Position numbers and translations under genes: made by a program | From: a virus | Lineage: Duplodnaviria > Heunggongvirae > Uroviricota > Caudoviricetes | Direction: 5' to 3' (one strand) | IMG/VR virus record: IMGVR_UViG_3300014208_000001 | Span: 293,318 to 355,825 of that record | Length of the DNA stretch: 62,508 bases | The notes under the pieces: model-generated | Database searches by the model: none | Told to the model about the DNA's origin: nothing | The model's input: only the letters and a program-made list of their open reading frames with translations | Shown here: positions 19,832 through 30,121 of the stretch, one piece after another | How positions within the stretch are numbered: position 1 is the stretch's first letter | Layout: every line of letters begins with the position of its first letter

Positions 19832-20140
19832 ATGAAACCACCAATAATAATTATTAGTTATGCTAATAAACAATCAATATTTAGTTATGCTGATGGCGAT
19901 TCACAAACAATACCAATATTTAAAAATCCAACTACGGCAATAAAATACTGTAAGAGATTAGAAAAAGCGCTCAACGAAAAATTCAAAACATTAGTGGTGT
20001 CAAATAATCTAAATGAATTTTTTACCACTATTTCAAAATATTGTAAAAACGCAATAATAGATCCACCACCAATTCCATTGTCGATTGAAGAAATCGGAAC
20101 ACCAGGCACATTAATAGAATTAACTAATTTAATATCATGA
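19832..20140 (+). CDS. hypothetical protein
   Basis: 102 aa, coupled to the next gene. Confidence 0.55.
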   Translation: MKPPIIIISYANKQSIFSYADGDSQTIPIFKNPTTAIKYCKRLEKALNEKFKTLVVSNNLNEFFTTISKYCKNAIIDPPPIPLSIEEIGTPGTLIELTNLIS

Positions 20141-21159
20141 CAAAACCAAAAATTCTATTCATTTGCAAAGACAGAAATACAAATACATATCATGAAGGAA
20201 AATATGGCTTATATAATTCATCAACATTTGTATGCGAAACATTGCACAAAATCGGCTATACATGTAAAGTAATAACAGTATTTGATGCTAACTGTATCGA
20301 TAAGGAAATCACAGCATATAAACCAGATGTAGTAATATTAGAAGCATTATGGGCTCCGCCATATAAAATACGAGAATTAACTAAAATATCACGACATAAG
20401 AATATAAAATGGATTGTACGAATACATAGCAAAGGCACATTTTTAGCAAATGAAGGAATTGCATTCGATTGGATCAACGAATATAACAAAATCAATAATG
20501 TAACAATATCAACTAATAATGCTCAATTTAATAATGATATGGTATCATTAGGATATGATTCAGAGTATTTACCAAACATATATTACGTTAATTATGGTAT
20601 TGAGCGGTTAAAAGTAAAAGATGATTATATTGATATAGGGTGTTTCGGCTCAATACGTCCAATGAAAAATCATCTACAACAAGCAATAGTCGCAATAGAA
20701 TTTGCAAATTATATGGATAGACCACTACGATTTCATATCAATAGTTCACGGTATGAACAAAACGGCAATAATGTTCTTAAAAATTTACGAGCATTATTTA
20801 GAGAATCATCACATAAATTAATCGAACATGATTGGTTATCGCATTATAGATTTTGCGAATTAGTAGCAAGTATGGATATTGGTATGCAAGTATCATTAAC
20901 CGAAAGTTTTAATATTGTATCAGCAGATTTTGTTAATACCAATGTTCCAATTATAACATGTTCAGACATCACATTTGTATCATCATTATACCATGCTATT
21001 CAAACAGATAGCACATCAATATTTGGCGCATTATTAAATGCGTGGTATGGTGATTATATTAATTTACAAAGAATAAATAAATGGCATTTAAATGCTTATA
21101 ATAAACATGCTCTTAGGACATGGATTCGTTATCTCAATTGCGCGATCTCAAAACATTGA
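20137..21159 (+). CDS. glycosyltransferase (GT-B, GT4-like)
   Basis: KPDVVI, GCFGSIRPMKN and MQVSLTESFNIV motifs. Confidence 0.75.
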   Translation: MTKPKILFICKDRNTNTYHEGKYGLYNSSTFVCETLHKIGYTCKVITVFDANCIDKEITAYKPDVVILEALWAPPYKIRELTKISRHKNIKWIVRIHSKGTFLANEGIAFDWINEYNKINNVTISTNNAQFNNDMVSLGYDSEYLPNIYYVNYGIERLKVKDDYIDIGCFGSIRPMKNHLQQAIVAIEFANYMDRPLRFHINSSRYEQNGNNVLKNLRALFRESSHKLIEHDWLSHYRFCELVASMDIGMQVSLTESFNIVSADFVNTNVPIITCSDITFVSSLYHAIQTDSTSIFGALLNAWYGDYINLQRINKWHLNAYNKHALRTWIRYLNCAISKH

Positions 21160-21183
21160 TAATTTTCGTCATCTTCATAAAAA

Positions 21184-21849
21184 TCAATCAAATCCGATGT
21201 CGATGAAGTTGACGTTGTACTCTCTGGCATATTTGGTTGCTGGTTTTCCGATTTTGGGTCCGGCAACGTATAATATTGATCGTTCAAATTGCTCACCATA
21301 TTTTCTAACCTGAACACAAGCGGATGTGTTAATTAATTTTCTCTTCACCTCAATAATATGTATAATATTATCAGTTTTGATCAATATATCAATAGGTCCA
21401 TAATCAGTTCTATATTCTCTTTCTATTGTAAATTCGTTTGGCAAATCAATATAATCAGTAATATTATTGATTAATTTATTGACTAAATCAGCTTCTGATT
21501 TTATCAACTTAATTGAATTGTTAGACCATTCATCTAAATACGTAATACTAATAATATTAGTAATATTAATTTCTAATAATTCATTTTTACGATGGCATGT
21601 TAATAATGAATTATTATATGATAATTTACAATTCGATGGCTGATAATTCAATGGCGAGATATTAGATGATCCATGTATTTGAATACTATTATCTGCTTTT
21701 TTGATTAGTAAATAATTACCATTTTCTAATATTGACGATGCTCTACCATCATACTTTATAGTACCGTGAAAATATAAAGTAAAGTCTTTAGAAAAATCGA
21801 TCATGGAGAGATTCTCATGTCTATGGAAGATATAACAATTTACCGTCAA
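21184..21849 (-). CDS. nucS: NucS/EndoMS-family endonuclease
   Basis: Y.GRA.S.L..G..L.IKK.D.S..IH, PLNYQP, SEADL, EREY.T..GPIDIL, IEVKR and QVRKY motifs. Confidence 0.85.
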   Translation of the reverse strand: MTVNCYIFHRHENLSMIDFSKDFTLYFHGTIKYDGRASSILENGNYLLIKKADNSIQIHGSSNISPLNYQPSNCKLSYNNSLLTCHRKNELLEINITNIISITYLDEWSNNSIKLIKSEADLVNKLINNITDYIDLPNEFTIEREYRTDYGPIDILIKTDNIIHIIEVKRKLINTSACVQVRKYGEQFERSILYVAGPKIGKPATKYAREYNVNFIDIGFD

Positions 21850-22074
21850 TTACCGATCATAAACAATCGAGTTCGTGATCGCTATAACAGCCACAATTAT
21901 TTAACATCAACGACCGCAGAAGCTGCTATATCAGGTAGCACAATTGATAGATTGAGTCTAGGGTCCGGAAGACCACGCGGATGGAAAACCGGCGCGCAAG
22001 AATGGCTCACATTACCTGGCATTAAACCATATGAATGGTACGCTACAGACCCACAAGATAGTTTAAATTTTTGA
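21817..22074 (+). CDS. hypothetical protein
   Basis: 85-aa ORF after GGAG. Confidence 0.5.
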   Translation: MSMEDITIYRQLPIINNRVRDRYNSHNYLTSTTAEAAISGSTIDRLSLGSGRPRGWKTGAQEWLTLPGIKPYEWYATDPQDSLNF

Positions 22075-22091
22075 TATAGCTAAATAAATGT

Positions 22092-22829
22092 ATGGCGACA
22101 GCGACACCATCTATGTTTATTACCGTATTTGTCCATGGATATAAAGACCCATTATATAATGTCGGAGGATGGTCAACAATAATATGCAATAATACTCTTA
22201 AAGAGACAACAGAATTATTTGGTAATGATACAGAAATAACAGATAGAAGAATGATACAAGTAAGCATAGCTGAATCATTAGAAGCTATATTTTCAAAATA
22301 TGGTGGTAATAATCTGATTGATTTAATATCACCGACTAAATATATTCAAAATGCTATAGGTGATTGGAGAGCAGGATCACCTGGAAGAAGAGTTGGATGG
22401 ATGCACGCGTGGGCTAAAAAAGATTGGCATAAAGCAAACAACACATCACTTAGAAATGCACACTTGTGGGAACGTATTTATAACACTGTGTGCAAACAAC
22501 ACACAGTGAGAGTAATCAAATCAGAATTGATTAAAAATAGCGTTTACCTTGATAGGTGTGTATATCTTGCACAATGTTCCGTTGCTAAAAATACCCCAAC
22601 CCCATTTAACTATACAATTAACCCAAATATATTCGATATTATAAATAAAAATCCAAATGACGAAATACATAAATTAATTAATACACGTATTGGATGGTTA
22701 GCATTAATTAGAGGATTACGAAAATTATCGGCATCGTTATCAATAGATTGTCTAAATGAAAGAGATTTAATCGAACTAGCCCAAACCGAAGAAATGATCA
22801 AATTACGACTAAAGGAAAAGAATCTGTGA
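22092..22829 (+). CDS. ribonuclease HI-like protein (catalytic residues appear diverged) with C-terminal extension
   Basis: GGWSTII...ELFG....TDRRM, GWM.AW.KK.W and LRNAHLWE motifs. Confidence 0.7.
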   Translation: MATATPSMFITVFVHGYKDPLYNVGGWSTIICNNTLKETTELFGNDTEITDRRMIQVSIAESLEAIFSKYGGNNLIDLISPTKYIQNAIGDWRAGSPGRRVGWMHAWAKKDWHKANNTSLRNAHLWERIYNTVCKQHTVRVIKSELIKNSVYLDRCVYLAQCSVAKNTPTPFNYTINPNIFDIINKNPNDEIHKLINTRIGWLALIRGLRKLSASLSIDCLNERDLIELAQTEEMIKLRLKEKNL

Positions 22830-23722
22830 TCAAAGAAATAAAAGTTTTAGACGATGGATTCGTCAGATTAGTAGACTCAATGGGCACGGACGCAGCAATT
22901 GTGCAAGCTGCGAGAGTTTCATATGGTGAAGGCACCAAATCGATAAATGATGATGAAACATTAATCAATTATTTAATGAGACATAATCATACAACACCAT
23001 TTGAAATGGTCGAATTTAAATTCCATATTAGAATGCCGATGGATATCTGGCGGCAACACATCAGGCATAGAACAGCAAGTGTAAATGAATATAGCACACG
23101 ATATTCATTAGCGATAGATTCTAAAGCCAAAACAGCATCTGACGCATGGCGTGCACAATCAACATCAAATAAACAAGGTAGTGATGGAACAATAACTGAA
23201 TTAAAAGATATCAACAATTTATTTAATTTAGATACAACCAATCCAGGAGAATATCTTTCAAAAGAAGAAGCATTATTACACGATCTATCACAAACTGTAT
23301 ACAATAATCGGATAAACTCAGGTGTAGCAAGAGAACAAGCACGCAAAGATCTACTATTATCAACATACACTGAAGCATATTGGAAAATTGATTTACACAA
23401 TTTACTACATTATTTAAGATTACGCATAGATAATCATGCTCAATTAGAAATCAGAGAATATGCAAAAGCATTAGGTTCATTAATATCAAATATAACGCCA
23501 ATAGCATGGAATGCATTTAAAACATATAGAATGAACAGTATGCTGTTAACAGCATACGATATACATGTAATAAGTATTATTAATACTTTAACAGAACGAA
23601 TAATTGATAATGCAATCGCAATATCAATCACAAACGGTCATGTACCATTAAAATGGTCAAATCCAAAATGTAGAGAACGTATCGAATGTGTAGAGAAATT
23701 ACAACGCCTTGGATTTGTTTAA
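22826..23722 (+). CDS. thyX: FAD-dependent thymidylate synthase
   Basis: AARVSY, HTTPFE, RQHIRHRTASVNEYSTRY, REQAR and HAQLEIR motifs. Confidence 0.97.
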   Translation: MIKEIKVLDDGFVRLVDSMGTDAAIVQAARVSYGEGTKSINDDETLINYLMRHNHTTPFEMVEFKFHIRMPMDIWRQHIRHRTASVNEYSTRYSLAIDSKAKTASDAWRAQSTSNKQGSDGTITELKDINNLFNLDTTNPGEYLSKEEALLHDLSQTVYNNRINSGVAREQARKDLLLSTYTEAYWKIDLHNLLHYLRLRIDNHAQLEIREYAKALGSLISNITPIAWNAFKTYRMNSMLLTAYDIHVISIINTLTERIIDNAIAISITNGHVPLKWSNPKCRERIECVEKLQRLGFV

Positions 23723-24220
23723 TATCGAAATATCTTGACCAAATAACGTAGTACGTGTTTTAGGGATATATTTATCTTTTTTATATAATGAAAACATTGC
23801 CGAAATATGATTAGTTAATTTAGTTATGATATCTATATCAGTTATATTTACACTAATCTGACTCGTACTATTCAGAAAAAGCGTACCATTGGTCATATAT
23901 GACATAATATATCTACCACCGGTAATTATACAATAATTACCAGTATGTTTATTAAGCGATATTGTTAGATACACAGTGTTTCCATAATATATCAATATGT
24001 AATAATATTGTTTTTTGTGATACGCATGAATTATATGAGACATATACACATATTCTTTTGATGTATAATTAAGTGGTACACGATCGGTTTTAGTACGTAT
24101 TAAATGTGATTTATTATCTAATGTTCTAAGATGCTTCAGTGATGCATTGGCGATAACGTCTAACGGATTCATGTAAATAGAAATACGAACGTAAAACAAA
24201 AATATCATGAAAGTTAACAA
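23699..24220 (-). CDS. hypothetical protein
   Basis: ORF; true start probably internal (MNPLD). Confidence 0.5.
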   Translation of the reverse strand: MLTFMIFLFYVRISIYMNPLDVIANASLKHLRTLDNKSHLIRTKTDRVPLNYTSKEYVYMSHIIHAYHKKQYYYILIYYGNTVYLTISLNKHTGNYCIITGGRYIMSYMTNGTLFLNSTSQISVNITDIDIITKLTNHISAMFSLYKKDKYIPKTRTTLFGQDISILNKSKAL

Positions 24221-24860
24221 TGATAAATCAAATACTTACTGATCGAGACACTTATTTAATAAATTTATTTAATACCTATAATGGTAGAATATCATGTGAT
24301 AATTTTATAAAAGCATGTAATTATGATTCTGATTTAATAATTTGGGTACTTATGATGATTGAACGAAATTTGGTTTCTAGAGATGGCGATTTTTACGTGT
24401 TAGTTAATAAAGGTTGAAAAATGCAAAAATATACACTTGGTACAGATGTAGCATACTTAGCAGATGATAAAAAATATGTAATTGTAGCCGCTAAATTAAT
24501 CAAAAGTGAAATTGTCTATGATTTATCCGATGATATAGTGTCTGATATATTACATTATAATGTTGACGAATCACGTATATTATCAGTTGACGAATACAAA
24601 ACACTCATGATAGACAAAGCGAATAACATATGATAAATAATGATTATATCGATTATAGAGCTAAATTAGGTTTTATATCAGGATTATGCGTTGGTTTAAG
24701 TTTATCAGAAACAAATGTAGCGCCTGAAATAGAAGAAGAATTACATAAATTTGGCGATATAGGAATTAAGCATTTATTTGAAAATATTATTGATAATCCA
24801 GAAGCATTAGCTGATGCATCAAATTTCTTTGACCAATTATATGAAAAATATTTAGTATGA
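24220..24860 (+). other. three small hypothetical CDS (24220-24417, 24421-24633, 24630-24860)
   Basis: tandem, closely coupled ORFs. Confidence 0.5.
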
Positions 24861-25103
24861 GACAGATTTCCAATGGCCAATAATTGGCACACCATGTAAT
24901 CTCTTAGTTATTGTCCGTTTATATAAAACATTTTCAGAAGCATTATAATAATAATCATTTCTATACGTTAGCGGATCTGGTTCAAATGGAGTTATTTCTA
25001 CCAATGTCGCGCCATATGTTTCTAAATAATTATATGTGGAATATCCTAAACTTTCAGAATTACGCCTAGACATTATATCAGCGATAAAAGTATTTGTGTC
25101 CAT
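24852..25103 (-). CDS. hypothetical protein
   Basis: 83-aa ORF. Confidence 0.5.
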   Translation of the reverse strand: MDTNTFIADIMSRRNSESLGYSTYNYLETYGATLVEITPFEPDPLTYRNDYYYNASENVLYKRTITKRLHGVPIIGHWKSVSY

Positions 25104-25112
25104 AAATTATAT

Positions 25113-25673
25113 TTACGACAAGATAGACCTACAAAGCACATCAGTCATCTTTTTGATAAATGGTGTTAATTTACTAGATTTAGGAATAATAGTATTAGTT
25201 GATAAATCAAACACATTATCAAAATCAAATAAAAATTTAAAATCATGCTTCCCATCTATTTCACCACGTGTTGTCAAATCAACAACAATACCAGGAACTA
25301 TATCTGGATTATACAATTCGGCATCAGTAACAAACACATATTGACATGGGCCTTTAATATCAACCCACGCGAATTTATTACATTTATTTTGAGTACCTAT
25401 AATAGCAGCTTCTATGCACATTCTATCAAGTTCAGATTGTTTGATAGGTTTATAGCCCTTGTTAGCTTTTTCACGATACTTGCTATCGATAAAATTAGCA
25501 GCTTTATATAAAGAAGTAAATGATTTTATTTGTGATTGCGGCTTAATACCAATTCTGCCCCATTTCACAGTAACTGTATATGTTTTCTCATCTAAATATG
25601 CAGACCAAAATTTATTATGTACATCAGATGTATTAATCAGAATATGTTCATCTTTGTACTTGTCGTACCACAT
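25113..25673 (-). CDS. WGR-domain protein
   Basis: HNKFW...V.VKWGRIG...Q.K.F....A....K..EK..KGY. Confidence 0.85.
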   Translation of the reverse strand: MWYDKYKDEHILINTSDVHNKFWSAYLDEKTYTVTVKWGRIGIKPQSQIKSFTSLYKAANFIDSKYREKANKGYKPIKQSELDRMCIEAAIIGTQNKCNKFAWVDIKGPCQYVFVTDAELYNPDIVPGIVVDLTTRGEIDGKHDFKFLFDFDNVFDLSTNTIIPKSSKLTPFIKKMTDVLCRSILS

Positions 25674-25703
25674 ATCAGACCTTTCTAAAAATAATATCTT
25701 TCG

Positions 25704-26129
25704 TTAATTGTTTTTCTTGTAAAATAAAATTAAATCATTGACAAATACATCATATTCATGTATAGTATACATATGAATTATATTACCGCCAATCGAAATA
25801 ATTATAGAAGTATCATCTATCGCCACACTAACTGTATTTATACATACATACATAGTATCATTGATGATAGTCGCACCGAATGAACCTAATGTTGTTTTAG
25901 ATATATCATACGCTATATTTAATACATCATTATATATAATAGAGACTGGTACATCAAATTCATCTGGTATTCTGGTTAAATGTCCATTTTGGTAGTTTGG
26001 CATAACTACCATAGCATAACACTCATTGCATTTACTATTATTTTGTAATGCGCATGTGCATGTTGGTGATGTTATATAAAAATGGATCATACTGCATTTT
26101 TGCAATATGTATTTATTTTGTAAAATCAA
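25704..26129 (-). CDS. hypothetical protein
   Basis: 141-aa ORF. Confidence 0.5.
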   Translation of the reverse strand: MILQNKYILQKCSMIHFYITSPTCTCALQNNSKCNECYAMVVMPNYQNGHLTRIPDEFDVPVSIIYNDVLNIAYDISKTTLGSFGATIINDTMYVCINTVSVAIDDTSIIISIGGNIIHMYTIHEYDVFVNDLILFYKKNN

Positions 26130-27034
26130 TTACTTTTATGGTAATAAACATATTCACGCCACGCATCATTATTACGTTTAATAATTGGTTCAGCTTCTTT
26201 CCATCGCTGCCTAAGTATATTGCATGCGTATAAACATGCAAATCTAGGATCTTTTATTATCACTGGTTCTGCTTCTGGCCATCTGCCATGTATAACATCT
26301 CTGCATATAACATATATCCATTTTGGATATTTTATCAATACTTTTTCAGCTTCTGGCCATCTTCCTTTAATAATTTTAGACATAAAATTACATAATACTT
26401 CTGGTGGATTATTTGGGCTTATATATGGAATAATATTTTTAAAATATTCTAAAGTAGCTGGTTCATCATTAACGTCAACGCTTTCAGAATAATCACTAGT
26501 AAATTGAATCGCTGGTTTATTTCCGGTCCAGATTTGTCCAACCCATCCGAATTCATCGATGTAATCATCTGCATAATTTTCACCATGCGATTTACGGGTA
26601 CACCACCTAGTACCTTCACCAAGTTGAGCTAAACTATTTGAATCTCGTATTACTAGACAAATATGTGGCCCATTTTGGCCATTAACATTAACACCAGGCA
26701 AATTAGTAATAGAACTATGTTCAGCCGGTTTCACATGAGCATATCTATCCAACGTATTGATTATATCATCAAATGATTTATAAGACAGAATATTTTTATT
26801 TGATAATTTAGCATTCATTTTAATAAATGTCGCTAATACACTTTTAACTTTATCAATATCGTCTGGTAATGATATGTTATTTTTATACCATTGTCTCAAA
26901 ATAAATTTTCTATGTTGACTATTATTTGTACATTTATTAATTAATTTAATAACATCATTGCTATTTAAATTAGATTGACGCGATATTTCATCAATCAAAT
27001 CTTGAACAGCTTCTATTAATAATGATAATTTCAT
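26126..27034 (-). CDS. MKLS-leader protein with GEGTxWCT motif and GRWPEAE helical repeats
   Basis: paralogue of 28579-29871; three RWxEAE repeats. Confidence 0.75.
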   Translation of the reverse strand: MKLSLLIEAVQDLIDEISRQSNLNSNDVIKLINKCTNNSQHRKFILRQWYKNNISLPDDIDKVKSVLATFIKMNAKLSNKNILSYKSFDDIINTLDRYAHVKPAEHSSITNLPGVNVNGQNGPHICLVIRDSNSLAQLGEGTRWCTRKSHGENYADDYIDEFGWVGQIWTGNKPAIQFTSDYSESVDVNDEPATLEYFKNIIPYISPNNPPEVLCNFMSKIIKGRWPEAEKVLIKYPKWIYVICRDVIHGRWPEAEPVIIKDPRFACLYACNILRQRWKEAEPIIKRNNDAWREYVYYHKSN

Positions 27035-27067
27035 AAAATAAATTTTATTGAATAAATTTTTTCCGAA

Positions 27068-27535
27068 TCATTTTGATAACTCGATTATTTTGCCAGTGGG
27101 AGCAAAACAAATGTTCTTTACATACGCACAATATGTATCAAAAAATAAATCATATTCATAAATTTTAAAAAGATCAGGAGGTACCTGTTTAAACTGACCA
27201 GACTTTTGTGAACCGTACCGCCATCTAACTGACAAAAAATATTTATTGACGCAAACAATTATTTTATCATATATTCGAATAACAATAGTTTCATCTATCA
27301 TTAATGCGTCTGATGATAAATTATTATCTAAAACAATATTATTAATATCATTCAACATAATATTATATGTTTCTGGCAAATAATTTTTGGCGGTATATTT
27401 AAAATCATGATCTAATTTAATTAATCCTCCACTTATGCGTGGATATACTACATCATCAATTGGTTCATTACATATTGTAAAATATTCTATAATTGGCTTA
27501 ATCTGTTCCATACTGTGTTGCAAAATACGTCCCAA
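27068..27535 (-). CDS. hypothetical protein
   Basis: 155-aa ORF; start uncertain. Confidence 0.5.
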   Translation of the reverse strand: MGRILQHSMEQIKPIIEYFTICNEPIDDVVYPRISGGLIKLDHDFKYTAKNYLPETYNIMLNDINNIVLDNNLSSDALMIDETIVIRIYDKIIVCVNKYFLSVRWRYGSQKSGQFKQVPPDLFKIYEYDLFFDTYCAYVKNICFAPTGKIIELSK

Positions 27536-28446
27536 TTGTAATCACGAACACACGTTTCTCTGTTCCTCAAAGACATCTCTTTCAATACACCAGACGGCTT
27601 GTTAAGCCACTCTCGCAAAATTCTAATTGACCCATTAATATCATTTAATAGAATACTAACAACTGAAGAATCATAATATCCAGATTCTCGAGTGCAAATA
27701 GGTATCAAACCAGATGCTAAACCAACTTCAGCTATTGTAGTCGGATTAGCATCGCTACATGACGTACTTATTATTATATCATTTCTAGCACATATGGTTC
27801 TTAATTTATCTTGTCCTAAATCTTGCCAGCCTTCAACATACGTATTCGGTAATCTAAATAAAGGATGATCGCTACTACCACCATACCACTCAAATTTAAC
27901 ATCTGGCATTCTTGATGCTAATTGTGTTAGCATTCCGAGATTTTTTTGAGGCATTGAACTACCGACATACACTATACCACGACTACCAACATTATTAAAA
28001 TCACCTTTTAAATATTGATAAATATCAGCATTAACTGACATATCTAATCTTGTGATTTTTGGTTTCCAATGAGCGAATGATGATTGTTCTAATGTATCAT
28101 ACCAATATTTTCCCATAATTGAAAATATCGCTGTTGCTTTGCGAGATATTTCATCAAATGGCATGTTATCTTCTGGTCTACCATGATGCAATGGATGAAT
28201 TGTACATTTTGCTCTACATGGTTTATCACTTCTAAATGCTCTTTGAACAACTGTACCAGGATCATAATTTGGATGCCCAAGTAATATATCATCTGGCTGT
28301 AAATCTATATCATAATGCGCATCCCAATGATGATATATGACTTCAGCTCTCTGACTAAGAAATCTATGTAAATTTTTAGTTATTGTGTATGGTGAGCAAT
28401 TTCTACCTTCGTCTGGTGTTCCGGCATAAACAAAATGGATTCGCAT
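27487..28446 (-). CDS. glycosyltransferase (GT-B, GT4-like)
   Basis: VYVGS...KNL, DIIISTS.SDANPTTIAE...SGLIPICTRESG motifs. Confidence 0.8.
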   Translation of the reverse strand: MRIHFVYAGTPDEGRNCSPYTITKNLHRFLSQRAEVIYHHWDAHYDIDLQPDDILLGHPNYDPGTVVQRAFRSDKPCRAKCTIHPLHHGRPEDNMPFDEISRKATAIFSIMGKYWYDTLEQSSFAHWKPKITRLDMSVNADIYQYLKGDFNNVGSRGIVYVGSSMPQKNLGMLTQLASRMPDVKFEWYGGSSDHPLFRLPNTYVEGWQDLGQDKLRTICARNDIIISTSCSDANPTTIAEVGLASGLIPICTRESGYYDSSVVSILLNDINGSIRILREWLNKPSGVLKEMSLRNRETCVRDYNWDVFCNTVWNRLSQL

Positions 28447-28455
28447 TTTTATGTC

Positions 28456-28578
28456 CTAATGATGTGTGGTTTTAATGGGGTTTATTATTTCTCGTATTTG
28501 TTCTGGTGGTATATGGTCTCTAGTTGATATAGTGTTTATTAGGTCTTCTACTGTTTCTAGTAATGTTGATAATTTCAT
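28456..28578 (-). pseudogene. 40-aa truncated duplicate of the N-terminus of 28579-29871
   Basis: MKLSTLLETVEDLINTISTRDHIPPEQIREIINPIKTTHH*; first 19 aa identical to the adjacent gene. Confidence 0.75.
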
Positions 28579-29871
28579 TTAATGTCCAAATTTGTTTTTG
28601 TATTTAAGCCAAATATATGAATTTTGTGATATTACTCTTTCGGCTTCTGGCCAGCTCCTATGTAAAATATTAACCGCGTATTCATACGCTGAAGTACTAT
28701 CATGCATTATATATTCTTCTGCTTCTGGCCATCTACCATGCAGGATTTTGGTCGCATATAATACTGCCGCACGCGGTTCTTTCATTATTATTGGTTCAGC
28801 TTCTTGCCATCTTCCATGCATAATTTCTTCAGCGTATGTTACAGCATATGCTAACGGCCAACCTAATGCCGATTTACTCGATACGGAAAGTGATAATAAT
28901 TTTCTTTCGGCTTCTGGCCATCGTCCTTTAATCACATTGCGTGCGTAATTTACTATATTATGCAATCCGTCGAGTATGACTGGCTCTGCTTCTGGCCATC
29001 TGCCTTTAATAATATCACGCGCATACTTATATGATTCATGATCTGATTCTAGTATGATTGGCTCTGCTTCTGGCCATCTACTGCGTAAAATTTTAGTAGC
29101 ATAATCAACCATCGCAGTAATTAGATAAGAATTATCATTTTCTTTATTGGCACGTTGTAATACTAATTGTTCTATTTTTTCAGATTTACCGCCTATTACA
29201 TTTATAGCATAATTAATTAATTTATCTGGTGATGATGAATCAGATAATGGTATCAATTCACGCAATTCTTCAGGAATAACAATTTCATTGTCACTTCTAT
29301 CCATTACTTGGTCTAAATTAGATGTAAATTGAATAATAGGCGTATTTGTGTGCCAGATTTGCCCGATCCAATTATATTCATTTATATAATGTGAAGCTTG
29401 GCATCTTTCATATGATCCTCTAGTACACCACTTAGTCCCTTCACCTAATTGCTCTAATGAATATTCATCAGAGATTTTAAAACTACGATATGGTCCTAAT
29501 GTTTTATATAAAGTGACACCATGCAAACTAAGTGGGTCAATTGTTAACCCACCTTCTCTCTTACTCACAGAACCTATTAATGGATCGATTGCATTTTCTA
29601 GATCATTAATAGTTTTATAACTGAGTAAATCTTTATTTGGTAATCTTGGTTTAACGCTATGAAAGTTAGTTAGAGTTTCTTTTATTCTTGGGCCATCTTC
29701 TGGCAATCTAATATTGTTTTTAGCCCATTGCCTAATGACGAATTGTGAATATTTTGGGCTAACCGAATAATTATTTATTATATTTCGTATTTCGTCTGGT
29801 GATATATGATTTTTAGTTGATATGGTGTTGATTAGGTCTTCGACTGTTTCTAGTAATGTTGATAATTTCAT
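28579..29871 (-). CDS. MKLS-leader protein with GEGTKWCT motif and six (G)RWPEAE-type repeats
   Basis: roughly 24-aa repeats YA..I..GRWPEAE..I, also visible as gcttctggccatc DNA repeats. Confidence 0.8.
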   Translation of the reverse strand: MKLSTLLETVEDLINTISTKNHISPDEIRNIINNYSVSPKYSQFVIRQWAKNNIRLPEDGPRIKETLTNFHSVKPRLPNKDLLSYKTINDLENAIDPLIGSVSKREGGLTIDPLSLHGVTLYKTLGPYRSFKISDEYSLEQLGEGTKWCTRGSYERCQASHYINEYNWIGQIWHTNTPIIQFTSNLDQVMDRSDNEIVIPEELRELIPLSDSSSPDKLINYAINVIGGKSEKIEQLVLQRANKENDNSYLITAMVDYATKILRSRWPEAEPIILESDHESYKYARDIIKGRWPEAEPVILDGLHNIVNYARNVIKGRWPEAERKLLSLSVSSKSALGWPLAYAVTYAEEIMHGRWQEAEPIIMKEPRAAVLYATKILHGRWPEAEEYIMHDSTSAYEYAVNILHRSWPEAERVISQNSYIWLKYKNKFGH

Positions 29872-29883
29872 AAAGTATGTTTG

Positions 29884-30111
29884 TCATAAACCAGCTTTAG
29901 ACAATTTAGTATAATAATGTGGGTCTTCTTTCAAATGATCCATTGCTATTTCTCGTGCTAATTTTTCATCTTTGGTATGTTCTAATTCTACTTTGATACC
30001 CATTTCTAATTGTTTCGAATCGAAATCAGATACGTTAACTTTATCGGCTAAGCCGCCGCTAATAATATCTTGGCGGGTAATGAATCGTTCTGTGATTAAT
30101 GATAATTTCAT
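29884..30111 (-). CDS. DUF5661-like protein with MKLSLITE leader
   Basis: L.MGIKVELEHT.D...A.EIAMDHLKEDP.YYTKL. Confidence 0.75.
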   Translation of the reverse strand: MKLSLITERFITRQDIISGGLADKVNVSDFDSKQLEMGIKVELEHTKDEKLAREIAMDHLKEDPHYYTKLSKAGL

Positions 30112-30121
30112 ACAGTAATTT

